This document shows, one piece after another, positions 30,166 through 39,707 of a stretch of 64,000 nucleotides of DNA (position 1 is its first letter; every line of letters begins with the position of its first letter). Where the stretch lies: positions 8,097-72,096 of the forward strand of contig QMZE01000001.1 of the NCBI GenBank assembly GCA_003663025.1, in the 5' to 3' direction. The position numbers and the translations under genes are program-made. Below the pieces are notes generated by a model. It saw only the letters and a program-made list of their open reading frames with translations, was not told the origin of the DNA and ran no database searches. The stretch comes from Archaeoglobales archaeon (lineage in GTDB: Archaea > Halobacteriota > Archaeoglobi > Archaeoglobales > Archaeoglobaceae).

Positions 30166-30203
30166 AAAAGGTCTTACACTTTACGGTGTAAGGCCTTTTT
30201 TTT
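30166..30203 (+). terminator. Rho-independent terminator
   Basis: AAAAGGTCTTACAC-TTTACG-GTGTAAGGCC followed by T8. Confidence 0.85.
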
Positions 30204-30238
30204 CGTAGAATTATGTAGTAACTAAACGGAGTCACCAG

Positions 30239-33200
30239 ATGAGCTTCATGGAAAAAACTGACGGCCAATTTGCTTGGGAAGACGGATATAAGCTACATCC
30301 TACCTGTACATACAGTGACGTGTTTATGTTGGCGGGCTCCATAGGTGAATGGAACGATTACGGAGATATGTTCGGAGCGAGCGGCGTACATACGATTATT
30401 GGAGCGCTGAACCATCTTCAAACACAGGTAAGTGCAGATTCACTTTGGGACCGATCAGGGACTGTACTTATACCGGACACTGCAACCGACACCCTTCGAG
30501 TTGGAGAGGGGAGTAAGACTGCTCCCAGCTATGCCTTTGGAGGTAACGTAGACTCAGGTATGTACTCTGATGTAGCAGGAGGTAAGTACCTCGCTTTTTC
30601 TGCTAACGACAATGAAGTACTGTCGGTGTCAGGCACCAAGGGATGGATCATATCTGCAGCAGGCTTTGACCTGGCAGCGACAGGGGAAGTTGATATAGAC
30701 GCGAGTGCTTTTGCTCTGGATGCTACGAGCACGTCTAATCTGACGGTTACAGGAACCTCATCGGTGGACCTGACCCTTTCTGCAACAACTTCCTCAGGGG
30801 ATTCCAGAGTGCTGATTTCTTCTGGGAGTGAGATTGATCTTAGTACTGGTAACGTAGATATAAATGCCACAGGAGCCTTCACTATCGATGGTGTTGCTAC
30901 GTCCAATGTCACGGTCAGTGGTACTGGAACAGTAGCGCTCAATCTTGAGGCTACCTCAGGAACTTCAGCGGCGGATGTGAACATAGTTGCTGACAGGGAG
31001 ATTGACCTTACGTCGAGCGCCGTGGATATCAACGCAGTTGCTGCTGTTGATATAAACGCAGGAGCCACATCGGTCTTCGTAGTGGACGGCGCACATCTTA
31101 CTGTAGGTACCAGCACTTCAGGTAACGCTACTTTAAGCGGAGCTACGAATGCTTCTATTCGTGCAGGCTCGGGGGTATTCGATGTTCGCACCAATGCTAC
31201 ACCCGTACAGCGACTAGAAATTAATGCAGATGGCGATTGGGACGTGGACGCTAAAGGGTATGTGCATGTATCTACGAGTGCTACTACGATAGATGCCAGC
31301 GCCCTTTCACTAGACGCCACGAGCACGTCTAATCTGACAGTGACTGGAACTGCTGCAGTAGATTTAGCTATCGGAGCAACTACCAGCTCAGGAGATGCAA
31401 GAGTCCTCATTACTGCTGGCTCAGAGATAGACCTTACGGCTAGTAACGTAGATATAAATGCGACAGCCGCTTTCTCCGTAGATGGTGTTACCGATTCCAA
31501 TGTTTCGGTGGCAGGAACAGGGACGGTAGCGCTCAGCATAGCTGCTACTTCAAGCACCTCCGCAGCAGACGTAAATATTTCTGCTGATAGGGAGATTGAT
31601 CTTACGGCTAGTACCGTAGATATCAATGCTGCTGCAGCTGTCAGTATGAATGCGGGAGCCACTTCCATATTTACGGTAGCGGGTGCCGACCTAACGTTGA
31701 CTACGACTACGTCCGGTACCATCACACTTGGAGGAGCGACCAACACATCGGTTCGTTCAGGCTCTGGAGTGTTTGATATCCGCACAAATGCCTCTCCAGT
31801 ACAGAGGTTACAGATTAATGCGTCCGGAGACTGGGATGCTGATGCGAACGATTACGCGCTCGATGCTGTAGAAGGTATTTCACTTGATGCGGCATCGGCC
31901 TCTAATTTTACAGTTGCGGGAGACACCCTTTCACTGGCTACTACGACCAGTGGCAGCATGATCATTAACTCCGCGGAGAACGTAACATTTACTTACAACG
32001 AGGCCGCAGCAGGCAGTGCTCTTTACCTAGTGAACGACGACACTACGGTTGCCACGTTTTCTTCGAGTATTGCATTCCAGGCATTGACTGACGGCAACAT
32101 TACGCTAACTGTCACGGATTCCCTGGTTACTGGACCTGCTATCACCCTTGATGCAAATGGGGCAGCTGCAGCGATCAATCTGGATTCGGATTTTGACATT
32201 ACAAACGTATATAACAACGCGGCAGGCGCAGGCAGCTATTCTATCTACGAAGATACAACACAGATTTTAGATATAGACGCTTCTGGGGCAGTGAAGTGGA
32301 CACCCGGAGGCGCGTTCGAGATAGACACGGACGCAAACACTACGAGTGGGTATTCGCTGATAGATGGTATTTATTTTGTAAATGGGAAGAACACTACTGC
32401 TTTTGCAACATTACTGCAGGGGCTTTCAACAGGTGCGCACATCGTCTTAGGTCCTGGAACTCACGACATTAGTTGGACTACGGCACAGACCTTCAGTCGA
32501 GATATGAAGATAAGTGGCTCAGGTGCGAGTACTACCGCTATTCGCTTTACAAGTAACGACGCTGATTGCTGTTTGAACTTCACAGGTACGCTTGAACTGT
32601 ACGGAGTAACCGTAACACGGTCAGTCTCGATGACTAACCAGGCGTATGCAATTCAGTTGGCGGCACCTGGTTCTATCATTTCGGATTGCATATTTGAAAC
32701 GGATGCTCAAGCTGCTCCGACTTGGACTAGTATTAGTGTTTTGGCTGCTGCCGAAGACACTGTACTGCGGAATATTCGTTTTGAGACAAACTACTCTTCC
32801 TACTGGCACATCAATGCAAATGCTCCGAGGATCCAAATAGACAACTGTACTGCTACGGGCGAAGACGATAGTACAGGCTCAGTAAAGCTCACAGCGACCG
32901 CAGAGTATTCTAAAGTAGTGAACTGTTATTTCCAAAGTAGCAATGGAGCGACTGCGACACCTAATTTGGAGATCGCAGCGGACTATGTGAAAGTGACAGA
33001 CAGCACGTTTATCGCAGGGACATCTGCTGCGACAGGACATGGAGTCAGATGCTTTACGTTTAGTGGAGGACACACGACTGTCTCAGGCTGCACGGTACAC
33101 GCATTGTGGCCTGCTTCAAATAATTGCACTGATCGTATTGTATCGGTAGCAGGCTCTAGTAATCGTTTTGTCAACTCTGAGTTTAAGCAGCTTGGATACA

Positions 33201-33700
33201 ACTACACTTCATCCGCGGCTATCGCAGGCGGGGCCATTAACGTAACGTCAAGCCATTTCCGCATGGAAAACTGTCATGTGGAAGCAGAGGACTGCAAAGC
33301 GGCCTTGTACTTCAGTGGAGGGGCTGACTATCCTTATATTGCCAACACCTACATAGCAAAAGTCCATTCGTTTGATGGTGCGACTCGAGAGTCTGCGTGT
33401 ATTTACACCCAATCAGGTTGCCACTACGGCTCCATCAGTCACAACTATTTGTATCCTGATGGGAGTACTCTTGCTTATGCGGTGGGAGGAAGTGCCTCTA
33501 ATGGGAGCGATTACTGGAGTATAATAGGGAACGTAGTACGTTTGGGTGCAGGCCCATGCAGGGGTATTCGTGTTTCGCAATACCAGAACTGTACTGTTAT
33601 AGGGAACACGGCTAATCCGGCAGGGAGTGCAGTCTATGGGACGAATACTAATAACGAGTATGGGTCAGGAAGCAGTACTGCACCAGGCACAAATAACTAA
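30239..33700 (+). CDS. Tail fibre/spike with C-terminal right-handed beta-helix (possible depolymerase)
   Basis: Repetitive shaft; GPGTH..ISGSG and many I.NC.F / I.GN repeats typical of pectin-lyase-like folds. Confidence 0.75.
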   Translation: MSFMEKTDGQFAWEDGYKLHPTCTYSDVFMLAGSIGEWNDYGDMFGASGVHTIIGALNHLQTQVSADSLWDRSGTVLIPDTATDTLRVGEGSKTAPSYAFGGNVDSGMYSDVAGGKYLAFSANDNEVLSVSGTKGWIISAAGFDLAATGEVDIDASAFALDATSTSNLTVTGTSSVDLTLSATTSSGDSRVLISSGSEIDLSTGNVDINATGAFTIDGVATSNVTVSGTGTVALNLEATSGTSAADVNIVADREIDLTSSAVDINAVAAVDINAGATSVFVVDGAHLTVGTSTSGNATLSGATNASIRAGSGVFDVRTNATPVQRLEINADGDWDVDAKGYVHVSTSATTIDASALSLDATSTSNLTVTGTAAVDLAIGATTSSGDARVLITAGSEIDLTASNVDINATAAFSVDGVTDSNVSVAGTGTVALSIAATSSTSAADVNISADREIDLTASTVDINAAAAVSMNAGATSIFTVAGADLTLTTTTSGTITLGGATNTSVRSGSGVFDIRTNASPVQRLQINASGDWDADANDYALDAVEGISLDAASASNFTVAGDTLSLATTTSGSMIINSAENVTFTYNEAAAGSALYLVNDDTTVATFSSSIAFQALTDGNITLTVTDSLVTGPAITLDANGAAAAINLDSDFDITNVYNNAAGAGSYSIYEDTTQILDIDASGAVKWTPGGAFEIDTDANTTSGYSLIDGIYFVNGKNTTAFATLLQGLSTGAHIVLGPGTHDISWTTAQTFSRDMKISGSGASTTAIRFTSNDADCCLNFTGTLELYGVTVTRSVSMTNQAYAIQLAAPGSIISDCIFETDAQAAPTWTSISVLAAAEDTVLRNIRFETNYSSYWHINANAPRIQIDNCTATGEDDSTGSVKLTATAEYSKVVNCYFQSSNGATATPNLEIAADYVKVTDSTFIAGTSAATGHGVRCFTFSGGHTTVSGCTVHALWPASNNCTDRIVSVAGSSNRFVNSEFKQLGYNYTSSAAIAGGAINVTSSHFRMENCHVEAEDCKAALYFSGGADYPYIANTYIAKVHSFDGATRESACIYTQSGCHYGSISHNYLYPDGSTLAYAVGGSASNGSDYWSIIGNVVRLGAGPCRGIRVSQYQNCTVIGNTANPAGSAVYGTNTNNEYGSGSSTAPGTNN
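30695..31845 (+). repeat. In-frame tandem duplication, 594-nt (198-aa) period
   Basis: GAGCACGTCTAATCTGAC at 30727 and 31321; peptide IDASA..LDATSTSNLTVTGT...QRL.INA.GDWD occurs twice. Confidence 0.85.
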
Positions 33701-33713
33701 AGGATAAACTGAG

Positions 33714-33962
33714 ATGGCAACGGCTAGTGAGTTAAGAACACAGATCGCGTCTAAAGAGGCGGACATCAAAGATTATGAAGATTTGATTGCACCTCTTCAC
33801 GTGGATATTAAAGATTTGAACGTAACCCTCGAATCTCAACAGGCTGCGTGTGAGCATCTAAGTATTGCTACCGGTGAGGTAGTAGATGGCAGGATAATAC
33901 TTACCTGCGAGAATTCTGATTGTGGCATGCAATGGGTTGCCACTGTTTCTCCTTCCGGCTAA
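33714..33962 (+). CDS. Small coiled-coil plus Cys/His protein
   Basis: AAGGA SD; CEH...CENSDC. Confidence 0.55.
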   Translation: MATASELRTQIASKEADIKDYEDLIAPLHVDIKDLNVTLESQQAACEHLSIATGEVVDGRIILTCENSDCGMQWVATVSPSG

Positions 33963-34043
33963 GGCTCTCCTACTGGACAAGACACATGTTATGTGTTTTA
34001 ACAGGTACTAACGCAGCAAAAAAAATAAAGGAGAGTGTCTGCC

Positions 34044-34664
34044 ATGTCATTCAAAGCCCCTGTCACCACAACTAACCGTGACCTGCTCAGATTAAACCGA
34101 GTACTCGATACTTACGGGAGTATCCGGGATGGACGATTAGCGTTTGCCCTGGCACGTAACCGTCTGAGTATAAAGTCGTACACAGATACGTTGGATGAGA
34201 TTCGCACTCCGGCTCCTGATGACCCAGAACTCCTGGAGAAGTACAAGGTGTATGAGGGTAAGCGGCTGGAGTTGAACAAGAAGCATGCGCGAAAAGACGC
34301 TGACGGGAACCCTATGCAGAACCAGGGAGGGTTCATGATCGAAGATCAGGTAGCGTTTGATGCTGCGTACAAAGCTCTGGGGAAAAAGCACCCGGAGGCA
34401 GTGGCAGAGCGTGACCGGATAAGTAAGGCCTTCGATGATGCTATGGGTATGGAAGTGGACTATCAACCCTACGCTATCCCTTACCGCAAAGTACCTGAGA
34501 ATGCCATTGCAGCTCAGGACTTAGCTATCTTCCTTGAGTTTGAGATTATTACAGGGGAGCCAGACTGGGGAGACGACGATGATGAGGCAGAGGATCTTCC
34601 AGCACCCACTCCAATAAAAAAGAGCAGACCTAAGGGCGCCGCTAAGAAACGTAAGAAAAAATAA
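34044..34664 (+). CDS. Hypothetical protein (possible fibre chaperone)
   Basis: AGGAG SD; helical protein following the fibre genes; start may be GTG 34035. Confidence 0.55.
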   Translation: MSFKAPVTTTNRDLLRLNRVLDTYGSIRDGRLAFALARNRLSIKSYTDTLDEIRTPAPDDPELLEKYKVYEGKRLELNKKHARKDADGNPMQNQGGFMIEDQVAFDAAYKALGKKHPEAVAERDRISKAFDDAMGMEVDYQPYAIPYRKVPENAIAAQDLAIFLEFEIITGEPDWGDDDDEAEDLPAPTPIKKSRPKGAAKKRKKK

Positions 34665-34698
34665 GCAGTTCCTCCTATACTTTCCTAGAGGTGGTTGC

Positions 34699-35145
34699 AT
34701 GGCAGTTAAGGTTGGAGGATTTGGAATTATACCTTTTGGGAGGTCCCAGTTCGGGCACGGATTCCCTGATATAGAGCCACGTTTTTTATCGTCCAGACCT
34801 TTGGACAAGAGTATTAACGTGTCGCAAGACGCTACTTTGAAGTTTACGACGTATTGTTTTTCCAGTTGGATTGACGTAGACGAGCCTCTTCCTGGGGTCC
34901 AGGTTGAGATCAGTGAAGATGCCGGCAACACATTCGTACCTGCGTATGCTTCAGGTGCGTTTGTAGCTCCTTATGATGGGGTGAACAGCAAAGTGCGCAG
35001 GACGGAAGGTCACGAATTGACTTTCTATATCCAAAAGACCGCAGACTGGCCTCTCAGTACCGCCGTGATGATCCGGTACACTGGGGTAGATAACTATGGG
35101 CAGGTGGCTAGTAAAGAGGCACCTGTAGTCTGGGGCTATGTCTGA
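34699..35145 (+). CDS. Ig-like virion protein
   Basis: GFG..PFG...FG N-terminal motif followed by Ig-like beta strands. Confidence 0.5.
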   Translation: MAVKVGGFGIIPFGRSQFGHGFPDIEPRFLSSRPLDKSINVSQDATLKFTTYCFSSWIDVDEPLPGVQVEISEDAGNTFVPAYASGAFVAPYDGVNSKVRRTEGHELTFYIQKTADWPLSTAVMIRYTGVDNYGQVASKEAPVVWGYV

Positions 35146-35642
35146 TGCCTTACACCTGGGAATTCAATACCGGAGGACTTCCTCCGGGCCCACTAGGGAA
35201 GAAGTGCCACCGGGGACCTATGATCGACATCGAGATTGTGATGTCGAAACCGTTCACGATTGTTCCAGGGGCAGAAGCACTGCGCGGTAGACTTCTAGCA
35301 CATATAGTAGACACGTCCTTTATTGCAGTTCGGACTCGAGAAGTGGTTCTCAGGGTACTGAATAGTAACCTGGGGCCTATGTATGTGACTCTTAATAACG
35401 ATAGAAATGTTCTTCTGGTAGACATTTGTGAGAAGCGAAACAGCGTACCTATTGATCATGAGTTGCGTGCCTGGGACAAAGACTATGTAGATGTTGCCCG
35501 AAGGTTTAAAGACTTTGAGATTACTCCTCAGAGTATTGATTTGCTCTTGTCTGCTTTGAACTCAGTCAATCCGGTGTTTCGATTAGCAGCGCGATGTGCA
35601 ATAATCCTCATGGCTGCATACATCGAACAGCGGAGTGGCTGA
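35145..35642 (+). CDS. Hypothetical protein
   Basis: TGATG-coupled ORF. Confidence 0.55.
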   Translation: MPYTWEFNTGGLPPGPLGKKCHRGPMIDIEIVMSKPFTIVPGAEALRGRLLAHIVDTSFIAVRTREVVLRVLNSNLGPMYVTLNNDRNVLLVDICEKRNSVPIDHELRAWDKDYVDVARRFKDFEITPQSIDLLLSALNSVNPVFRLAARCAIILMAAYIEQRSG

Positions 35643-38600
35643 TGGCGAAAGACTTCACGAATTACACTGTAAACATGCCCCACCAGGCTGCGTGGCTCGT
35701 CTACATCAACGGGATTGAGATTCCTGTAGTATCGGTAGACGTAGACTTTGGTGTGTGGATGATTCCCGAAGTACGTATAACGATGGTCCCCCATGTCATT
35801 CTTCAGCGTATAGGGTATGAAGACAGGTTGCAGGTTAGTGTGTGGTACCTGGATGAGTGGTTTGCCCCGGACAACCCAGAGTTTAAGATAATGGGTGAGT
35901 TTGAATGTACAGGGTGGAGCTACACTAATTCTGGCCAGTCCCGATTCATACAGCTTAATTGTCGGGCGCAGACGCAGATAATGGAGCAGCTCCACTTCTA
36001 CTACATGTCTGCCGTGGACGATATGGTGACTAGCCTGTCTCCTGCTACGGGGCAGAACCCTAACATGTATTCACAGTCTATGGTGTACTACCCTGCATCA
36101 TTGTTCTTGCATGGGATGGTAAAGAAAACTGTGGAGAGTGTTGCGGCACCTGCACCTGCACCTGCGCCGGCAGCAGCAGCTAGTACTGGGGGTGCATCTA
36201 TTGGAGGGTCGGGGGCAGCTGCGACGGGTACCCCAAAAGACAGCGCGACTACGTCGACAAGTACAGTGGCAGAAGCAACTACTACTACTTCTGCAACGGA
36301 CGCGCTTGCGGCCATTCCGGCTAACGTAGTGGCTCCCGAAGACTTCGTTAGAAGTCCTTTTGAGTTTATCTCCAATATTTTTAAAGCATTGCTCTCAGAG
36401 ATTGACACTGATAATTCGTCCCCAAGTAAAGCTGCTCCAGGAAAGATACCGGCAGATGCAGCATCTGTTCCTGGGCGTAATTTCTTTGCACGGTGGATGA
36501 ACTTTACTGATTTTAGGCGTAGGTGGGCAGGTCTCCCGTTCTTCGACAGTCCTGACGCACAGACGATGGATGGGTGCTTCCCTCTGATTAAAGCGGTACA
36601 GGCCACAGAAGTACTTTCTGCGTTACAGCAGCAGCTGGGGCAAAGTATTGGTCAAGCCGGCAGCATGTGGGAGCTTTTGAAGTCCATCTATACTACTATG
36701 TACATGGAGATTGTGACAATCCCTGCGCCTCCTGCGGTTTCTATCCAAAAAGGAACAGGCCTGTTGAAGGGTCCTATACGGCGTAAAAAGGGTGGCACAG
36801 TTATTCGGAATGGCACCTCAGAATTCGGAGGTATCCTTCACCACATAGTTAAGCCTCAGTGTATATTTGGATTACCGCCGACATGTAACATCATATTTCC
36901 TTCCATGATTAAGAGCTATACCTTTCAGGAAGACTACATGTCGCAGCCTACTCGAATGTATTTAGGTGAGAAGTACATGTCGAATATTCTAAATGCCGGA
37001 GCTACGGGGAGTCCTCAGGCGCTGGTAGGAGAGCTACTAACTACAGGATACCCTCCGGTAGTACGTGAGCGCATGCAGCAGTATATTGCAGACCCTAAGC
37101 AGAACACTAAGAATTTTTTAGTGTACCCGGAAGAACTCTACAAAGGGCCGGTTACTGCACAAAAAAATGCCCCGCCGTGGTTGTGGATGCTCGAGCAGAA
37201 GCATAAAGCGCAAGTTACTGCCGGTGCGACATACACTACTGGAGAATGGTTCAGTATGAGTCGCCGTAAGGTTAAGGAGGCGATCAAACCTTTAGTGGCT
37301 TCGCTGGCAGGGAAGGTAGGGATACCTGTAGCACACGTATTTACAGTTATATCTATTGAGTCAGGTTTCGTAGTGAACGATACGTCTAAAACAGGGGCCC
37401 AAGGTCTTATGCAACTGCAGCCGTTTGTGGCTGAGGTAAAAAACGCTGCCGGGAAGGTAATAGTGACGGGGCGAGTATCTACGATAGATTCCACGTACAA
37501 TTTGGCACGAAAGTACTTCGGATGGCAGGGACAGCCTCGTAGCGCCATAAACGCGTACGACCCCCCTACTGCATTGAAATTAGGAATAGCGTATATCAAA
37601 TTTGCAGTGGATTGTGAGACAAAAGCTAACGGAAAAAAGCCGAACTTAAACAATCCAAATGACCCTGGAACACGCAGAGTTATTGGGTCATACCTGATAG
37701 GTGCCACGAAACGCAGTCCTATTTGGAAGTTAAAGTTTAAGCCTAACGGGAAGGCGTATTTTGATCCGGCAGATAAAGTAAAGTCGACGAATAACTATAT
37801 GATCGAGAACACTGATACGCGTATGGCCAATTACACGAAGCGGTGGGAGAAGTACAAGGATGCGGATCTGGCACCTAAAGCGACCACGGCATCGACAGCG
37901 TCTAACCCCGCACAAGTTGAGCCTGAGGGGGAAGATGCTGAACCCCAAACTACTGAAGCGACTCCGGCAGAGGCAGCACTTAAAGCGGCTTATGTTCCTG
38001 CAGATCGGGGCAGTGCTCTAGGTCGACTATTCTCTTTGTATGCACGCTACGAGTATTATCGTGCAAGGTTTGAGAGTCGGTCCGGTGGAGTCGTGATGCC
38101 GTTAAACCCTTATATTGTACCGGGCTTTTCGGCTGTAATTTTCGATGAGAAGACCTCAGGTTTTGACACCTTCGGATATGTAACTAAGGTCAGCCACAGT
38201 ATGTCCGTCATGGGGGGAAGTCCTTCGATGATGACGACCGTTAATTTTGCATTTGCAAGGTCCTTCTCTGAATTTATTAAGCAGGTACACTCCGGGGTGG
38301 AAGAGGCGGATGCAGGTACCGATATGCTTAACTTTGACTGTGCGCCGTCCGAGCCTATCCCAAGTGTAGGAGAAGTATTCCAGACGCTAACGAAAGCTTC
38401 CTCTCTGTACCGCGATTTGTTTTATCCTGGCACAACTAAAGAGACAGTGTTTGATTGGGAAAACTCAGTAGATGTTTGCGACCTTGATGGGAAGGCTTTG
38501 AATCTAGTGGGGGATGGGTACGTATTTGAGGAGGGCTTGGTTATTAAGCCTAACTACAGGTATCTTGATGAGTTCAGAGCAGCGGATGCAGCAATGTTCT

Positions 38601-39001
38601 ATATTGCGCGACCCGTGTGTACCTTACGCGACTATATAGAGTTGCGGCATGGGCGAAGTATTAAGGCGCTCACTAAAGAAGGTAATGTTGTTAAAGGGAT
38701 GGATAAATCTTATTACCACGAACTTAAGTCTGGAAGAAAAGGTCCACTCAAGGGAGGGGCGACATTTTGGGGACGCATAGACGCGTACGTACAGGGACCA
38801 GGTCGCCCTGACAGCGAGACGATACAAAGAGTTACCAATATGGGAACGAGTCCAGACTATACTCCAAATCCTGATGGGAGTTGGGATATAATTACTGCAA
38901 TTAAAGGGATACCCCAGACGCGCAAGAATTGGGACAGGGCGCTGAGACGGTACCGGGCGATAGTGCGCGGTGAAGGTAGGCATGCTGCACCGCAGCTGTA
39001 G
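35642..39001 (+). CDS. Baseplate hub-like protein with inserted lytic transglycosylase (SLT) domain
   Basis: ISIESGF...SKTGAQGLMQL SLT motifs; hub-like N-terminus (LVYINGIEIPV) and LNPYIVPGF...GYVTKVSH; ATG 35642 overlaps upstream stop. Confidence 0.75.
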   Translation: MAKDFTNYTVNMPHQAAWLVYINGIEIPVVSVDVDFGVWMIPEVRITMVPHVILQRIGYEDRLQVSVWYLDEWFAPDNPEFKIMGEFECTGWSYTNSGQSRFIQLNCRAQTQIMEQLHFYYMSAVDDMVTSLSPATGQNPNMYSQSMVYYPASLFLHGMVKKTVESVAAPAPAPAPAAAASTGGASIGGSGAAATGTPKDSATTSTSTVAEATTTTSATDALAAIPANVVAPEDFVRSPFEFISNIFKALLSEIDTDNSSPSKAAPGKIPADAASVPGRNFFARWMNFTDFRRRWAGLPFFDSPDAQTMDGCFPLIKAVQATEVLSALQQQLGQSIGQAGSMWELLKSIYTTMYMEIVTIPAPPAVSIQKGTGLLKGPIRRKKGGTVIRNGTSEFGGILHHIVKPQCIFGLPPTCNIIFPSMIKSYTFQEDYMSQPTRMYLGEKYMSNILNAGATGSPQALVGELLTTGYPPVVRERMQQYIADPKQNTKNFLVYPEELYKGPVTAQKNAPPWLWMLEQKHKAQVTAGATYTTGEWFSMSRRKVKEAIKPLVASLAGKVGIPVAHVFTVISIESGFVVNDTSKTGAQGLMQLQPFVAEVKNAAGKVIVTGRVSTIDSTYNLARKYFGWQGQPRSAINAYDPPTALKLGIAYIKFAVDCETKANGKKPNLNNPNDPGTRRVIGSYLIGATKRSPIWKLKFKPNGKAYFDPADKVKSTNNYMIENTDTRMANYTKRWEKYKDADLAPKATTASTASNPAQVEPEGEDAEPQTTEATPAEAALKAAYVPADRGSALGRLFSLYARYEYYRARFESRSGGVVMPLNPYIVPGFSAVIFDEKTSGFDTFGYVTKVSHSMSVMGGSPSMMTTVNFAFARSFSEFIKQVHSGVEEADAGTDMLNFDCAPSEPIPSVGEVFQTLTKASSLYRDLFYPGTTKETVFDWENSVDVCDLDGKALNLVGDGYVFEEGLVIKPNYRYLDEFRAADAAMFYIARPVCTLRDYIELRHGRSIKALTKEGNVVKGMDKSYYHELKSGRKGPLKGGATFWGRIDAYVQGPGRPDSETIQRVTNMGTSPDYTPNPDGSWDIITAIKGIPQTRKNWDRALRRYRAIVRGEGRHAAPQL

Positions 39002-39008
39002 GTGATAT

Positions 39009-39707
39009 ATGTATGAGCGACAACAACAGGACCTGGATCTTTGGAGACAGTGGCGCAAAAACAATAGGCAGAAAGATCTTAGCGCACTTTTAACCCAGTT
39101 GAATCCTGTAATCCAAAAGGAAGTGGGAAAGTGGGGATCCACTGTTCCTAAGGCAGGGTTAGAGGCCAGAGCTACGATATTGGCGGTAGACGCGCTCAAG
39201 CAGTATGACCCTAATAAAGGAGCAGCGGTAGCTACACACGTTACTAGTAGGATTCGAAAGCTCTCTCGGCACGTATATCCCTATCAGAATGTTGCACGTC
39301 TTCCGGAGAACAAACAGCTGGAGTACAACACTTTTCAGGTAGCGAACAACCGCCTCTTAGATAACCTGGGACGGGACCCTACCGTAGACGAGCTGACGGA
39401 TGAGCTTGGATGGTCTAAGAAGAAAGTAACCGCTTCGCAACAATCATTTGACCGCAAGGAAATTGTGGAGTCCGTAGGTGCGTATATGGATGATGGACAG
39501 GCGCAGGAGCCTACAGTGGATTTCTACTACCATGGCCTGGCACCCACAGATCGTAAATTATTTGAGGACATTACGGGGTACAATAACCAGAAGTCCATGT
39601 CGAACAAAGGTATTATGCGTAAGTACGATCTTACTCAGGGGCAGGTTAGCTACCGTAAGCGTAAGTTCGTAGATGATTTACGGAATATACAGCAAGGACG
39701 GTTTTAG
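39009..39707 (+). CDS. Phage sigma-70-family sigma factor
   Basis: Region 2 (ALKQYDPNKGA.VATHV..RIR) and region 3 (LGRDPTVDEL.DELG) motifs; C-terminal HTH-like segment. Confidence 0.8.
   Translation: MYERQQQDLDLWRQWRKNNRQKDLSALLTQLNPVIQKEVGKWGSTVPKAGLEARATILAVDALKQYDPNKGAAVATHVTSRIRKLSRHVYPYQNVARLPENKQLEYNTFQVANNRLLDNLGRDPTVDELTDELGWSKKKVTASQQSFDRKEIVESVGAYMDDGQAQEPTVDFYYHGLAPTDRKLFEDITGYNNQKSMSNKGIMRKYDLTQGQVSYRKRKFVDDLRNIQQGRF

Noticed and set aside
30529-31785. 418-aa minus-strand ORF (also 28860-29729 and many similar antisense ORFs)
   Set aside because: Shadow frames of Ala/Thr/Ser/Gly-rich fibre genes; no SD or recognisable motifs
36144-36182. GCACCT/GCA short tandem repeat as a contingency locus
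   Set aside because: In-frame, encodes an APAPAPAAAA linker in the hub protein; no phase-variation potential
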